Source of the DNA: an uncultured Gemmatimonadales bacterium
Lineage (GTDB): Bacteria > Gemmatimonadota > Gemmatimonadetes > Gemmatimonadales > GWC2-71-9
Length of the DNA stretch: 64,000 nucleotides
Assembly (NCBI GenBank): GCA_963748815.1
Contig: CAVVKJ010000005.1
Span: forward strand, 480,001-544,000
Direction: 5' to 3'
A model generated the notes under the pieces. The model saw only the letters and a program-made list of their open reading frames with translations, did not search any database and had not been told where the DNA came from. Numbering within the stretch: the stretch's first letter is position 1; every line of letters begins with the position of its first letter. Positions 9,022 to 18,850 of the stretch are shown piece by piece. Made by a program: the position numbers and the translations under genes.

Positions 9022-10448
9022 CCCGCCCCGCTGTACTCTGCGCATCGACCCTCCTCCTCGTCGCCGCCGCCCCGGGCGGCGACCCCTGCCTGCGTCTCCT
9101 GCGCGCCGGCACCCAGGTGCAGGGCGACGTCACCGTCTGCCCAGGCCGGTACCGGATTGCCGACCACGGTGAACTTGGCGTGCTCATCATCGCCGGGAGC
9201 GGCACCCGGCTGAACCTGACCGGCGTCACGCTGGAGAGCGGGGACAGCGTTCCTGCGGCGTTCCTCGGCGCCGGCGTCGTCAGCCGGGGTCTCGACAACG
9301 TCGAAGTGTACGGCGGGACCATCCGGGGCTTTCGTCACGGCATCCGGATCGAGGGGGGACGTGGCCACCGCATCGCGCGGGTGGACGTGTCCGGCACCCG
9401 CGCGCAGGCGCTCCGCTCCACCCCCGACCGGTACGACGAGGCCGACTGGCTCGACATCTTTCGCGCCGACACGGCCGAGGCGTACGGGGGCGGCGTGCTG
9501 CTGAAGCACACCAACGGCGCCACGGTGGTCGGCGTGTCGGCTCGGCACGCGCAGAACGGCATCGGGCTGATCGGCGCGCGCGGCAGCTACGTGGCGGACA
9601 ACGACGTGTCGGAGAACAGCGGCTGGGGGATTCACCTCTGGGCCTCGTCGCAGAACGTCGTTGTGCGGAACAAGGCGCACCACAATGTGCGCTGCGAGTC
9701 GCCGGCCTACCGCCGCGGGTGTGACTCCGCGGGGATTCTCCTCCGGGAGCAGAGCGACTCGAACCTCATCGCCGACAACGACGTCACGTCGTCGGGCGAC
9801 GGCTTCTTCCTCAGCGGCCAACCGGAGTACGTGCGCCCCTCGAACGGCAACATGGTGCTCCGCAACGACGGCTCCTCCGCCTACCACAACGCCTTCGAAT
9901 CCACGTTCAGCCACGGCAACGTCTTCCTGGAGAATCGCGCCGACAGCTCCGACTACGGGTTCTGGCTCGGGTATTCCACCGGCACCACGGTCCAGGGCAA
10001 CATCGTCCTCGGTTCGCGCTCGGTGGGCATCGCCATCGAGCATGGCGGCGCGAACCGGCTGTTGACCAATCTCGTGATGGGCGGCAAGACGGGGATCCGG
10101 CTCTTCATCCGGGATTCGAACGGGCCGGCGAGCCGCGACTACGTCATCGACGGCAACACGATCGCCGGGGTGACGCGCGGGCTGGTGCTCGAGCGCACGG
10201 CGCACGCGCGGGTGCGCGGCAACACCTTCGACGGGGTCGACGAGGCGCTCGTGGCCGACTCGACCGGCGGCGACGCGCAGGTGACGGGCAACGTCTTCCT
10301 GCGGGCGCAGCGGTTCTTCATCGTGGCTCCGTCGCTGACCGCCGGCAGTAACTACTGGGCCACGGCCACCGAGGCCGAGACCGTGGCGCGCGTGAAGGGA
10401 GCGGTGGTGGTGACGCCGTGGTTCCCGGCGTCGGCGGCGGGGTACTGA
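9015..10448 (+). CDS. Secreted right-handed parallel beta-helix (NosD/CASH-like) protein
   Basis: Signal-like N-terminus from ATG 9015; repeated GI.L...N....N units. Confidence 0.8.
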   Translation: MLTRPAVLCASTLLLVAAAPGGDPCLRLLRAGTQVQGDVTVCPGRYRIADHGELGVLIIAGSGTRLNLTGVTLESGDSVPAAFLGAGVVSRGLDNVEVYGGTIRGFRHGIRIEGGRGHRIARVDVSGTRAQALRSTPDRYDEADWLDIFRADTAEAYGGGVLLKHTNGATVVGVSARHAQNGIGLIGARGSYVADNDVSENSGWGIHLWASSQNVVVRNKAHHNVRCESPAYRRGCDSAGILLREQSDSNLIADNDVTSSGDGFFLSGQPEYVRPSNGNMVLRNDGSSAYHNAFESTFSHGNVFLENRADSSDYGFWLGYSTGTTVQGNIVLGSRSVGIAIEHGGANRLLTNLVMGGKTGIRLFIRDSNGPASRDYVIDGNTIAGVTRGLVLERTAHARVRGNTFDGVDEALVADSTGGDAQVTGNVFLRAQRFFIVAPSLTAGSNYWATATEAETVARVKGAVVVTPWFPASAAGY

Positions 10449-10454
10449 CCGCCG

Positions 10455-11042
10455 TCAGAACTTGTTGGCGTGCGTGGTGATCTTGTACATCCCATCCCGC
10501 CCCATGATCTGTCCGAAGAGGCGTTCCTGCACCGTGTCGCCTGCGGCGGTGACCCGCCGCACCGTGCACGGTCCCCAGATCCGGTTCGCTCCCTCCACGA
10601 CCTCACCCCCGTCACAGATGTATCCGGCGTAGGCGTATGGCGTGCCACCCCGCTCCGCGAGCGCCCGGGTCAATCCCTTCCGCGACTGCTCGTCCATCAA
10701 GAACCACATCAGCGACGGGCTCAGGTCGTAGGGGGGCAACCCCTGCGCGCTGGTCGGGTAGTAGAGCCAGGCGAATTCGGCCTTGCTCAGTGTCAGGCGC
10801 TTTATCGCGGCTGTATCTGCGGCGGCCAGCGCCTCGACAAATTCCTGCACCAGGGCATCCCGGCTGGGAGCGCCGCCGGCGAGCGCAGTCGGCGTGTCCA
10901 ACCCGACACGGAAGCGACGGAGGGCCTCCTCGCGGGGGATCACCGAATCGACGACGTTGGCGCTGGCTGGGGAGGCGCTGTGCGGTTCGGTGGAACAGGC
11001 GGCGATTAAGACCAGGATCGCAATCCAGGCGTGCATTCGCAT
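10455..11042 (-). CDS. Hypothetical lipoprotein
   Basis: MRMHAWIAILVLIAAC lipobox; GGAG ribosome-binding site before ATG 11042. Confidence 0.75.
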   Translation of the reverse strand: MRMHAWIAILVLIAACSTEPHSASPASANVVDSVIPREEALRRFRVGLDTPTALAGGAPSRDALVQEFVEALAAADTAAIKRLTLSKAEFAWLYYPTSAQGLPPYDLSPSLMWFLMDEQSRKGLTRALAERGGTPYAYAGYICDGGEVVEGANRIWGPCTVRRVTAAGDTVQERLFGQIMGRDGMYKITTHANKF

Positions 11043-11060
11043 CGTATCTCCAAATGACCG

Positions 11061-11096
11061 GGGGCCGGCCCGCCGCGGTTGCGACGAGACGGCCCC
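11061..11096 (-). terminator. GC-rich stem-loop downstream of the FN3 lipoprotein (terminator or stabiliser; no U-tract)
   Basis: Minus strand GGGGCCGTCTCGTCGC-AACC-GCGGCGGGCCGGCCCC. Confidence 0.5.
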
Positions 11097-11112
11097 ACAG
11101 TCGACGGGATCA

Positions 11113-12809
11113 CTAGTTGATCTGGTAGACGGTCCAGCCTTGGTACCAGGTGCAGACCACGTCGCAGGCACCGAGGTACGCGGTGTTCTGCCACGAGTTC
11201 CCGAAATATCCGCCCACTCGGGAGGCCGGAACGGTGACCGCGCCGCTCGAGGCCGGGGAGCCTGCCTTGGGGGCCCAGTTGAGGCCGGCGGGGTTGGTGC
11301 TGATCCCCAGGAGCGTGTCCACCGAGACGGTGCTCCCGTACAACTTGAGGGTGTTGTAATCCGCCGCCGGCCAGTTGGCGGGCGCGGCGTAGGCGGCGCC
11401 GGTCGTGTCAAAGTTGGCGCCGTTCTGCGTCAGGAGGACGGAGGCGATAGTCAGCGAGTCGAGTTGCGTGAACAGCGTGTCGGTCCACGCGTCGCGGATG
11501 CTGATGCCGAAGCCCTTCCACCGCGACAGCACGCCGTTGGCCGCATAGCCGCCCGTGCCCCGGCGCCAGACGCCGCCGTTGCCGTCGTTCGGGATGCCGG
11601 CCAGCTGGCCGGTACCGATCATCGTGAAGTTGGCGAAGGTCGGGTTGGAGTAGGGCGTGCTGGTGCCCGTCGCGGTGACCGTGCAGCCGCTGACGCCCGG
11701 ATCGCAGCCATCGCCCTCGAATCCGCGCGGGTCGCCCGAGAAGGTCCCTGCGCCAGGGGCGGGGGTGAGGCGCTGGGTCTGGAGCGCGATCATGAACTGG
11801 ACCCGGCCCTGGAATCCCTCGACCAGTCGAAGTGGTCGTCGCCCGACTCGTACGAGATCAGATAGCGCCCGTCCACCGCGCCACCCCACCACTCGAAGGA
11901 GTCGTCGAGCCCGGACATGGTCTGGATGTACTCGTACGTCGTCCCGCGGCCGACAGCGTAGCTGGAGAGCGTGTTCAGCTCCTGGCCCGCGCCGTTCGAC
12001 ACGTCGTACCCGGCAAACTCGATGCGCACGTAGCGCAGGGTGCCGCTGTCATCGTTGTTGTCGATGCCGCCCGAGTAGTCCTCCGCAACCCCGGCCGCGC
12101 CGCCCTCGGTGAGGATCGGCGACCCGGTGCGGTTGATGATCCCGTTGCCGATGATGATGATGCCGCCCCAGTCGCCGGGCTTCCGGTTACCGGGCGCGCG
12201 GGCCGACGTGAACACGATGGGCGCCACCGCGGTGCCCTGGGCGTCGATCTTGGCGCCGCGGAGGACCCAGAGCGAGCTGCCGAGGACGCCCGTGTCGCCG
12301 ATGATCCTGGTCCCGGCCTGGATGGTCAGGGTGGCACCGCTCTGGACCTTCACGTAGCCGCTGAGCTTGTAGACCGTGTCGGCGTAGAGCGTGCGACTGG
12401 TGGTGATGTTCCCGGACAGCGTCGCCGCCGACACCCCGGTTGCCGCGGTGACGGTGGAGGTGAATGCGCTCGTGTCGGACGCCGTGACCGAGGCGACACG
12501 GTAGCTGTACGACAGGCTTGGCGTCAGTCCGGTGTCGTCGAAGGTCGTCGACGCGAGGATGCCGCCGCCGATCTGCGTGAAGACGCCGGGGTTGGTGGCC
12601 GCCGCGCGTTCCAGGAGGTACCCGGTGGCGCCAGAGGCTGCCGTCCACGAGACCCGGAGCGACGTCAGGGACACTTGGGACACGGCCAGGTTCGTCGGTG
12701 CCGCGACCGGAGTTGGGCCGGTGCCCCCGTCGTTGTTGTCGTCGGAGCAGGCCGCCAGGGCCAGCATCGTCAGGGGGAGCGCCAGGAGCTGTCGGAATCG
12801 GGTCGTCAT
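11113..12809 (-). CDS. TonB-receptor-associated lipoprotein (FN3 + beta-helix-like domain), split by an apparent 1-nt deletion near 11820
   Basis: LALAAC lipobox; FN3 (APTNLAV...LRVSW...YSYRV); GDWGG, DDSGTLRYVRIEFAG, DDSFEWWGG; two track ORFs join as DDHFDWS/EGFQGRVQF. Confidence 0.8.
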
Positions 12810-12881
12810 CGGTTCCTCTCGTTCGTTGCGTGTCGGGTAGGCTGCGCGGGTTGTCCCGCGCCTCAAGGAAAACCACGGACG

Positions 12882-12920
12882 GTCGCGCCAAGGCGACGGC
12901 TGCGTCACGATCGGGTCAAG
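12882..12920. promoter_or_regulatory. Putative Pho-box-like array upstream of the FN3 lipoprotein
   Basis: GTCGCG 12882, GCGACG 12893, GTCACG 12904, GTCAAG 12915, all on an 11-bp grid. Confidence 0.55.
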
Positions 12921-12926
12921 CCCCGT

Positions 12927-15707
12927 TCAGGGCTGCCACTTGAAGGCCACCACCCAGATCCGGCCGGTGGTGTAGCGGAGCCGAGTCACGCCCCCCTGGG
13001 TCATCAGGTATTCACTGTCAAGCAGGTTGCGCGCGTCGACCTTCACCGAGACGTCACGGGACAATCCGACTTCGACGGAGGCGTCGAGAATGCTCCGGGG
13101 CTGTTCGTACGCGTCGGGCAGGCCGCCGCTACCGACTTCGAGGATCCGTTCGCCCGCCACGTTGTAGAGCAGGGAGGCGGTCGTGCGGGCGCCCGGGCTG
13201 ACGTAGGTCATTCCGGCGTTGACCACGTAGGGGGACTGCCCGATCATCGGGCGGTCGGGGTTGGTGAGCGAGGAAATGCTGTCGTTTCCGGTGACGATCT
13301 GGCTCGTCATGAAGGTGGCGTTCGCGAAGGCCGTCACGCCCTCGAAGGCCCGCCCCACGAATCCCAGGGTCTTCCGGATCTCGAGCTCAACGCCGTAGTT
13401 CTGCGCGCTCTCTGCGTTCACGAAACTCAGGGAATTGGCGCCGGACGACTGGATGATGACTTTCTCGATTGGCGCCTGGAAGTTCTTCGCGAAGATGCCC
13501 GCGCTCACAACTTCCCCTCCGGACGGATACCACTCCCAGCGGAGGTCATAGTTCTGGATCAGGCTGCGGTCGAGGGCCGGGTTGCCGAAGGTGGTGGCAA
13601 AACCCACCTGCTCGAAGTAGGGGACCGGGCTGAGTTCACGGTACTCAGGCCGGGCCAGCGTCTGCGTGGCCGAGAGTCGGTAGACCTGGTCGGGACGCGG
13701 GCGGTAGGTAATGGCAAGCGACGGAAGCAGGTCGGTATGCTGCGGGTTGGCGGGCACCACCTGGCCTGCGCTGGTCCGGGTGTCGACCTGCAGCTTCCAA
13801 TCTTCCACCCGAAGGCCGCCGAGCACCGTCCACCTGGGTGACAGCGGGACCGTGGCCATGGCGAAGCCGGCAAGAATCTCGTCGTCCGCCGTATATCGGC
13901 CACCGTTGGCATTGGCGACCAGGAGGAAGCTGCTCGCGTCGATGTTGGCCGGCGAGAAGATCTCCGACGGCGGGAGGGCGAGCGCGCTGTCCGGGAGGCT
14001 GATGTTATTGATGTCGTAGGCCCGGCTGTCGGCGTCCCGGTTCGCCGTGCGGTACGCCGCACCTACCTTGACGGCCACGGTCGACGCGCCCGCACCGAAG
14101 TTGCGCTCGAGATTCAGGCCGAAATCCCACGCCGATTCGGTGGTGTTGTCGAAGGTCCGGGTGGCGAATCGTGGCTGCCCGAACCATTGGTACGGCACAA
14201 ACTGGCCGCCGCCCTTGGGGTGCGCGAGGTAGCCGATGTCCGACCGGTCGGGGGCGTCGCGGGTGACGGCCGAATTGGTGACCAGCCAGTTCAGGGTGGT
14301 CTGCGGGCCGATCAGGTGCTGGCCGGCGAGCTGGTCCGAGCGGACGGAGCGCTGGATGTAGGTGAGCCGCGAGAACTGGAAGGTGTCCGCGAACTCTTCG
14401 TTGAAGCCGCCGAGGAGGCTCGCCTCGTTGTCGCCGCCCCGGGTATAGGTGTTGTTGAAGCTGATGCGCCCCGAACTGCCGAGCCGGGTGTAGAAATTCA
14501 GCATGCCGCCCCAGAGCACCGCGCCGAGCGTGGTCGAGCCGGTGTAGGTGTTCAGCGGCTCTGCGGTGTCCTTGTCGGGGCCGTTCTTCGCCAGGCCCTT
14601 CGTCTCCCCCTGGCGGATTTCCTGTACGTACGTGTAGGTAAAGGAGCCGACGTAGCCGAGCGGCTGCCCAAAGACGGGGTCCTCGCCGCCGAGCGACACG
14701 TTGAACGAGGCGTTGGGCGATCCGCTCTCGTAGGCAGGGCTCCAGACGTTGCGGAAGGAGCTGATCAGGCCGTTCACCTCGGACTGGGTCAGACCGTTCA
14801 GGTTGCCCGCGTCTGCCACGTCCGAAGGGAGGGCGCGCGGCGGAGCGCCGTCCGCAATCCACTCGCCCCCGGCCGTCGGGGCCCGGGCCAGCTCGACGCC
14901 GGTCGCCGCGGAATTCCACCCCGACCCGATGGTCATCGTGAAGGTGTGTTCGGCGGAAAACTCGCGCGTCGTGATGTTGACCGACGCCCCGCTGAAGTCG
15001 CCCGGCTGGTCGGGTGTGAAGGTCTTCGAGGTCGAGATGCCGGAGAGCAAGTTGGCTGGGAAGATGTCCATGGGGACCACCTTCCGGTCCGGCTCCGGGC
15101 TGGGCACCCGTGAGCCGTTGAGCGAGGTGGTGGTATACCGTTCGCCAAGCCCGCGCACGAAGACGTACTTGCCGTCGAGCACGGAGACGCCGCTGACCCG
15201 CTTGATGGCGGCGCCCGCGTCGGCGTCCGGGCTCTGCGCCATCTGCTGCGCACTGATGGAGTTGGTGACGTTTGGCGCGGTCCGCTGCGCATCGAGCGCG
15301 CCCGCCACGGTGCTCTGCTCTGCGGTGGCGGTGACCGTGAGTTCGTCGAGCGTGAACACCTGGGTGCTGAGCGCGATATTCTGCTCGATGGTGCCCCCGG
15401 CGGGCACGACCAGCCCCTTCACGTTCTTGGGGCCGTAGCCGATCTGTCGGACCCGGATGGTGACGGGGCCCGCAGGCACGTCACGGAGGGCGTAGTGGCC
15501 GTCGATCGCCGACGTGGCGCGGATCGGTGTCGGTGCGCTGTCCACTTCGATGGTGGCGCCAGCGATCGGGGTGCCGGTCGCCTGGTCGAGAATCGTGCCG
15601 ACCACCCGACCGGTTTGCTGCGCGGCGCCGGGCGCCGGCGCGAGCAGCAGGATGGCGAGGAGCGTGAAGCTCGGGAGGACGCGGGTGGGAGAGATCCGTG
15701 TGCGCAT
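12927..15707 (-). CDS. TonB-dependent receptor with N-terminal carboxypeptidase-regulatory-like domain
   Basis: Signal peptide; GRVVGTILD...PIAGATI; plug (AIKRVSGVS...FVRGLGERY); GNPALD, NYDLRWEWYP; C-terminal beta-strand. Confidence 0.93.
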   Translation of the reverse strand: MRTRISPTRVLPSFTLLAILLLAPAPGAAQQTGRVVGTILDQATGTPIAGATIEVDSAPTPIRATSAIDGHYALRDVPAGPVTIRVRQIGYGPKNVKGLVVPAGGTIEQNIALSTQVFTLDELTVTATAEQSTVAGALDAQRTAPNVTNSISAQQMAQSPDADAGAAIKRVSGVSVLDGKYVFVRGLGERYTTTSLNGSRVPSPEPDRKVVPMDIFPANLLSGISTSKTFTPDQPGDFSGASVNITTREFSAEHTFTMTIGSGWNSAATGVELARAPTAGGEWIADGAPPRALPSDVADAGNLNGLTQSEVNGLISSFRNVWSPAYESGSPNASFNVSLGGEDPVFGQPLGYVGSFTYTYVQEIRQGETKGLAKNGPDKDTAEPLNTYTGSTTLGAVLWGGMLNFYTRLGSSGRISFNNTYTRGGDNEASLLGGFNEEFADTFQFSRLTYIQRSVRSDQLAGQHLIGPQTTLNWLVTNSAVTRDAPDRSDIGYLAHPKGGGQFVPYQWFGQPRFATRTFDNTTESAWDFGLNLERNFGAGASTVAVKVGAAYRTANRDADSRAYDINNISLPDSALALPPSEIFSPANIDASSFLLVANANGGRYTADDEILAGFAMATVPLSPRWTVLGGLRVEDWKLQVDTRTSAGQVVPANPQHTDLLPSLAITYRPRPDQVYRLSATQTLARPEYRELSPVPYFEQVGFATTFGNPALDRSLIQNYDLRWEWYPSGGEVVSAGIFAKNFQAPIEKVIIQSSGANSLSFVNAESAQNYGVELEIRKTLGFVGRAFEGVTAFANATFMTSQIVTGNDSISSLTNPDRPMIGQSPYVVNAGMTYVSPGARTTASLLYNVAGERILEVGSGGLPDAYEQPRSILDASVEVGLSRDVSVKVDARNLLDSEYLMTQGGVTRLRYTTGRIWVVAFKWQP

Positions 15708-15804
15708 TGCAGGCCGGGATTCGGGTGCGTGGTGGGCAGCGCGGTCGTTCGACCAGGATGCCACGGAGGCAGCACGAATACTCGACCGCTGTTGTCGGCC
15801 CTCC

Positions 15805-15832
15805 TTCACGAACCGGCAACGACTATGTCACG
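15805..15832. promoter_or_regulatory. Putative Pho-box-like array upstream of the TonB-dependent receptor
   Basis: TTCACG 15805, GCAACG 15816, GTCACG 15827, 11-bp period. Confidence 0.6.
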
Positions 15833-15853
15833 GAGTGTGGGGAAGCGGGACGG

Positions 15854-17917
15854 TCAGGGTTCCAGCAACCGCTGCAGCACCGCCCGCGCCTCGCGCGGGA
15901 CCAGCGGCTTGGTGAGGCGGGGGACGCCCGCGAGGCCGGCGTCGACGAATGCGCCGGCGTCGCCGAGCAGCACGAGCCGCGCGGCCAGTTCCGGGCGCTG
16001 GGCCAGCAGGAGCGGGATGAGCGGTTCCGAGGCGCCCGCGAGCGCCGGGTCGAGGAGCAGCAGGTCGTAGGCCTGTTCGTTGGACATGGCGACCGCCTCC
16101 GCGCCAGTCCGGGCGGTGTGAATCTGCACGCCGTCCTGCGTCAGCAGCGCCGTGACCACCCGGTGGACGGAACGATCGGCGTCGGCCACCAGCACCCGGC
16201 AGGGCACCAGCTTCTCCACCGGGCCGCTGCCATGGGCGGGGAGCTGAATGGTGAAGGTCGAGCCTCCCCCCTCCGCCGGCGCGTACGAGAGCCGGCCCCC
16301 ATGCGAATCAATGATGCCGTAGCTGATGGAGAGCCCGAGCCCGGTCCCCTGGCCCGGTTGCTTCGTGGTGAAGAACGGCGTGAAGATGCGGCCCGTGAGT
16401 TCGGCGGGAATCCCGGGGCCGGTGTCGGAGACGCGGACGTAGGCGCGGTCCTCGTCCTGCCCGGTCGCCACAACGATCCGCCGCTCCGCCTCCGGCGGAA
16501 GGTCGGAGAGGGCGTGGACCGCGTTGGTCAGGAGGTTGAGCAGCACCTGCTGAATTTCGTACCGGTCCCCGCGGACGACCGCGGGCTCGCCGATGGCCCG
16601 CTCCAGCGTGACGCCGCGCAGCCGAAGTTCCGCCTGGATGAGGAGCACCGTGCGCTCGGCCACGTCCTCGAGGTCCACCACCGCCTGCTCTGGCGTTCCC
16701 TTGCGGGCAAACGTCAGCAGGTTGGCCACGATCCGGCCCGCGCGGTCCGCCTGCTCGTGGATGACCCCCAGGTGCTCGCGCGCGTCCGCCGGCAGCCGCT
16801 CCTGCTCCAGCAGGAGCTCGGACAGCCCCGCGATCGAGGTGAGCGGGTTGTTGAGTTCGTGCGCCACCCCGGACACCAGCTGACCCACCGCCGCCATCTT
16901 CTCGTTCTGGATCAGTTGGGCTTCCAGCGCGCGCTGGTCGGTGACGTCTTCCACCATCACCACGACCGACGCCGTGCCCTCGTGCGCGGGGAGGGGCGCG
17001 CCGGCGAGCCGGAGCGTCCGGCTCAGCCGGGCGGACGGCAATAGGGTCGGAATCCGCGACTGCCCCAGCCGCGCGCCGGCGATCAGCGCGTCGGCCGCTT
17101 CCGATTCCGAGAACAGCGAGGCGACGAACGGCCTCCCCACCAGCGACGCGAGGGGGACGCCCGCGAGCAGCGCCAGCGCCCGGTTGGCGCGGGTAATCCG
17201 GCCGGCGCCGTCCACCAGCGCAATCCCCTCCGAGAGGGCATCGAAGGTCGTTTCCCACTCCTCCTTGCCCTGGCGCAGGAGACCGAAGAACCGGCTGTTG
17301 GTGAGCACCACCGCCGCCTGCATGGCGACAGTCGAGATCAGCCACAGGTCCTGGGTCGAGAAGGGGCGGTCACGGCGGGCCGCGACCGCCATAGCGCCCA
17401 GCGTCATCCCGTGGGCTCGCAGCGGGGCGACGGCGGTGCGCTGGACCAGGACACCGGCCACGAGCTCCACCCCGGGGGCCGGTCCCTCCGCGAGCTCGAT
17501 GCGCTCGCGGCCGATCGCCTGGGTGAGGAGGCCCCCTTCCGCCGACGGGATGGAGCGCCCGAGCAGGGAGGCGAGGGATCCCTCTGCCGCCGCGATCCGC
17601 AATTCGGGCTGGTCCTCCGAGGCCAGCGCCACCACCGTCCCCTCCGCTTCCAGGAAGCGGGAGGTAAAGCGGGCCACCTGCTCCACGATCCGATCTGTCT
17701 GGAGCGACTCGGAGAGGACGTAGCTGAGTTCCTGCAGGGAGAATATCTCGTTGATCCGCCGGTCGAGCCGGCGGGCAAAGTCGTCGCGCTCCGCCTGGAC
17801 CTCGGCCAGCCGGGTCGCCAGGGCGGCGGCCTCCGCCTCGTGCCGACGCCGGGCGCGCCAGGACCACAGCAGTGCCGCCGCGCCGGCCAGCAGGGTGACA
17901 AGAATGACGGCGTTCAG
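15854..17917 (-). CDS. Membrane-anchored hybrid sensor histidine kinase (TM-GAF-PAS-HisKA-HATPase-degenerate receiver); probable CTG start
   Basis: H-box GVAHELNNPL, NLLTNA, DTGPGI, FFTTK, GTGLGL; PAS EEWETTFDALSEGIALVD. Confidence 0.9.
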   Translation of the reverse strand: MNAVILVTLLAGAAALLWSWRARRRHEAEAAALATRLAEVQAERDDFARRLDRRINEIFSLQELSYVLSESLQTDRIVEQVARFTSRFLEAEGTVVALASEDQPELRIAAAEGSLASLLGRSIPSAEGGLLTQAIGRERIELAEGPAPGVELVAGVLVQRTAVAPLRAHGMTLGAMAVAARRDRPFSTQDLWLISTVAMQAAVVLTNSRFFGLLRQGKEEWETTFDALSEGIALVDGAGRITRANRALALLAGVPLASLVGRPFVASLFSESEAADALIAGARLGQSRIPTLLPSARLSRTLRLAGAPLPAHEGTASVVVMVEDVTDQRALEAQLIQNEKMAAVGQLVSGVAHELNNPLTSIAGLSELLLEQERLPADAREHLGVIHEQADRAGRIVANLLTFARKGTPEQAVVDLEDVAERTVLLIQAELRLRGVTLERAIGEPAVVRGDRYEIQQVLLNLLTNAVHALSDLPPEAERRIVVATGQDEDRAYVRVSDTGPGIPAELTGRIFTPFFTTKQPGQGTGLGLSISYGIIDSHGGRLSYAPAEGGGSTFTIQLPAHGSGPVEKLVPCRVLVADADRSVHRVVTALLTQDGVQIHTARTGAEAVAMSNEQAYDLLLLDPALAGASEPLIPLLLAQRPELAARLVLLGDAGAFVDAGLAGVPRLTKPLVPREARAVLQRLLEP

Positions 17918-18765
17918 GAGGGCCCCGGCTCGCCGCCGTGCCGCGTGACCAGGTCGGTGGGCGTTGTTTCTGGCGGAGCGTTCGGCTTGACCCGCACCGA
18001 CTTGGCGGGAATCCCGACGTTGACGTGATAGGGACGGACATGCTTGGTGGCGACCGCGTTGGCGCCGACCATCCCGTTCCGGCCGACCCGCACGCCGGCC
18101 AGGACGGTCGCGTGGTAGGTGATGCGGACATCGTCCTCCAGGATCGTGCGGGCGTTGGTCACCTCGCGCTGGTCCACGATGCTGTGCGTGTGGCTGTAGA
18201 TGTTGGCGTAGTCGGAGACGCTGACCCGGTCCCCGAGCGTGAGCCCGCCTCGGTCGTCGAGCAGCACGTGCCGGTGAATCACCACGTCGTCGCCGACCTC
18301 CAGGTTGTAGCCATAGGAAAACTCGACGTGCTGGAAGCACTTGAAGTTGCGCCCGCACCGGGCAAAGATCCTCGGCGCAAGGCGCCGCCGCAGTGCGATG
18401 CCGAGGGCGACGTTCTGCCCGGCCAGGGGGGCGCGGTCGAAGCTGTACCAGAGCCAGAGCAGCGGCTTGACCCGGGCAAAGCGCACCGGGTCGACATCCC
18501 CGTAATACTCGGGTTCAAGGGTAATATTCGTGGGGTCGAGCGCGAGCAGCGCGGCTCGCGCCGCCGGCGACCGGCCGGGATCGGCCACCGCCGCGTCCCA
18601 GTCGGGAATGTCCGGATGAAAGAGGCCCAGGAGCACCTGGCGCACGACGCGCGACCAGTCCGCGCCAGGGGCGTCCAGCTGGGCGTCGAGCTCGTCCAGC
18701 CACGCGTCGTACGCGGCCTCGGCCCGCTTGGGCAGGCTAACGGAACGCAGGGGTAGAAATGCCAT
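17914..18765 (-). CDS. Left-handed beta-helix (hexapeptide-repeat) acyltransferase
   Basis: VGDDVVI, LGDRVSV, LEDDVRI, VGRNGMVGANAVATK, GIPAK. Confidence 0.85.
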   Translation of the reverse strand: MAFLPLRSVSLPKRAEAAYDAWLDELDAQLDAPGADWSRVVRQVLLGLFHPDIPDWDAAVADPGRSPAARAALLALDPTNITLEPEYYGDVDPVRFARVKPLLWLWYSFDRAPLAGQNVALGIALRRRLAPRIFARCGRNFKCFQHVEFSYGYNLEVGDDVVIHRHVLLDDRGGLTLGDRVSVSDYANIYSHTHSIVDQREVTNARTILEDDVRITYHATVLAGVRVGRNGMVGANAVATKHVRPYHVNVGIPAKSVRVKPNAPPETTPTDLVTRHGGEPGPS

Positions 18766-18850
18766 CAGTTCTCCACGGTTGCCCTGAGTTTACCGGGGTC
18801 GACACCGCGGCGCCACGGTGCGCCGCCCACCCTCCCGCCGTGAGGCGTCC

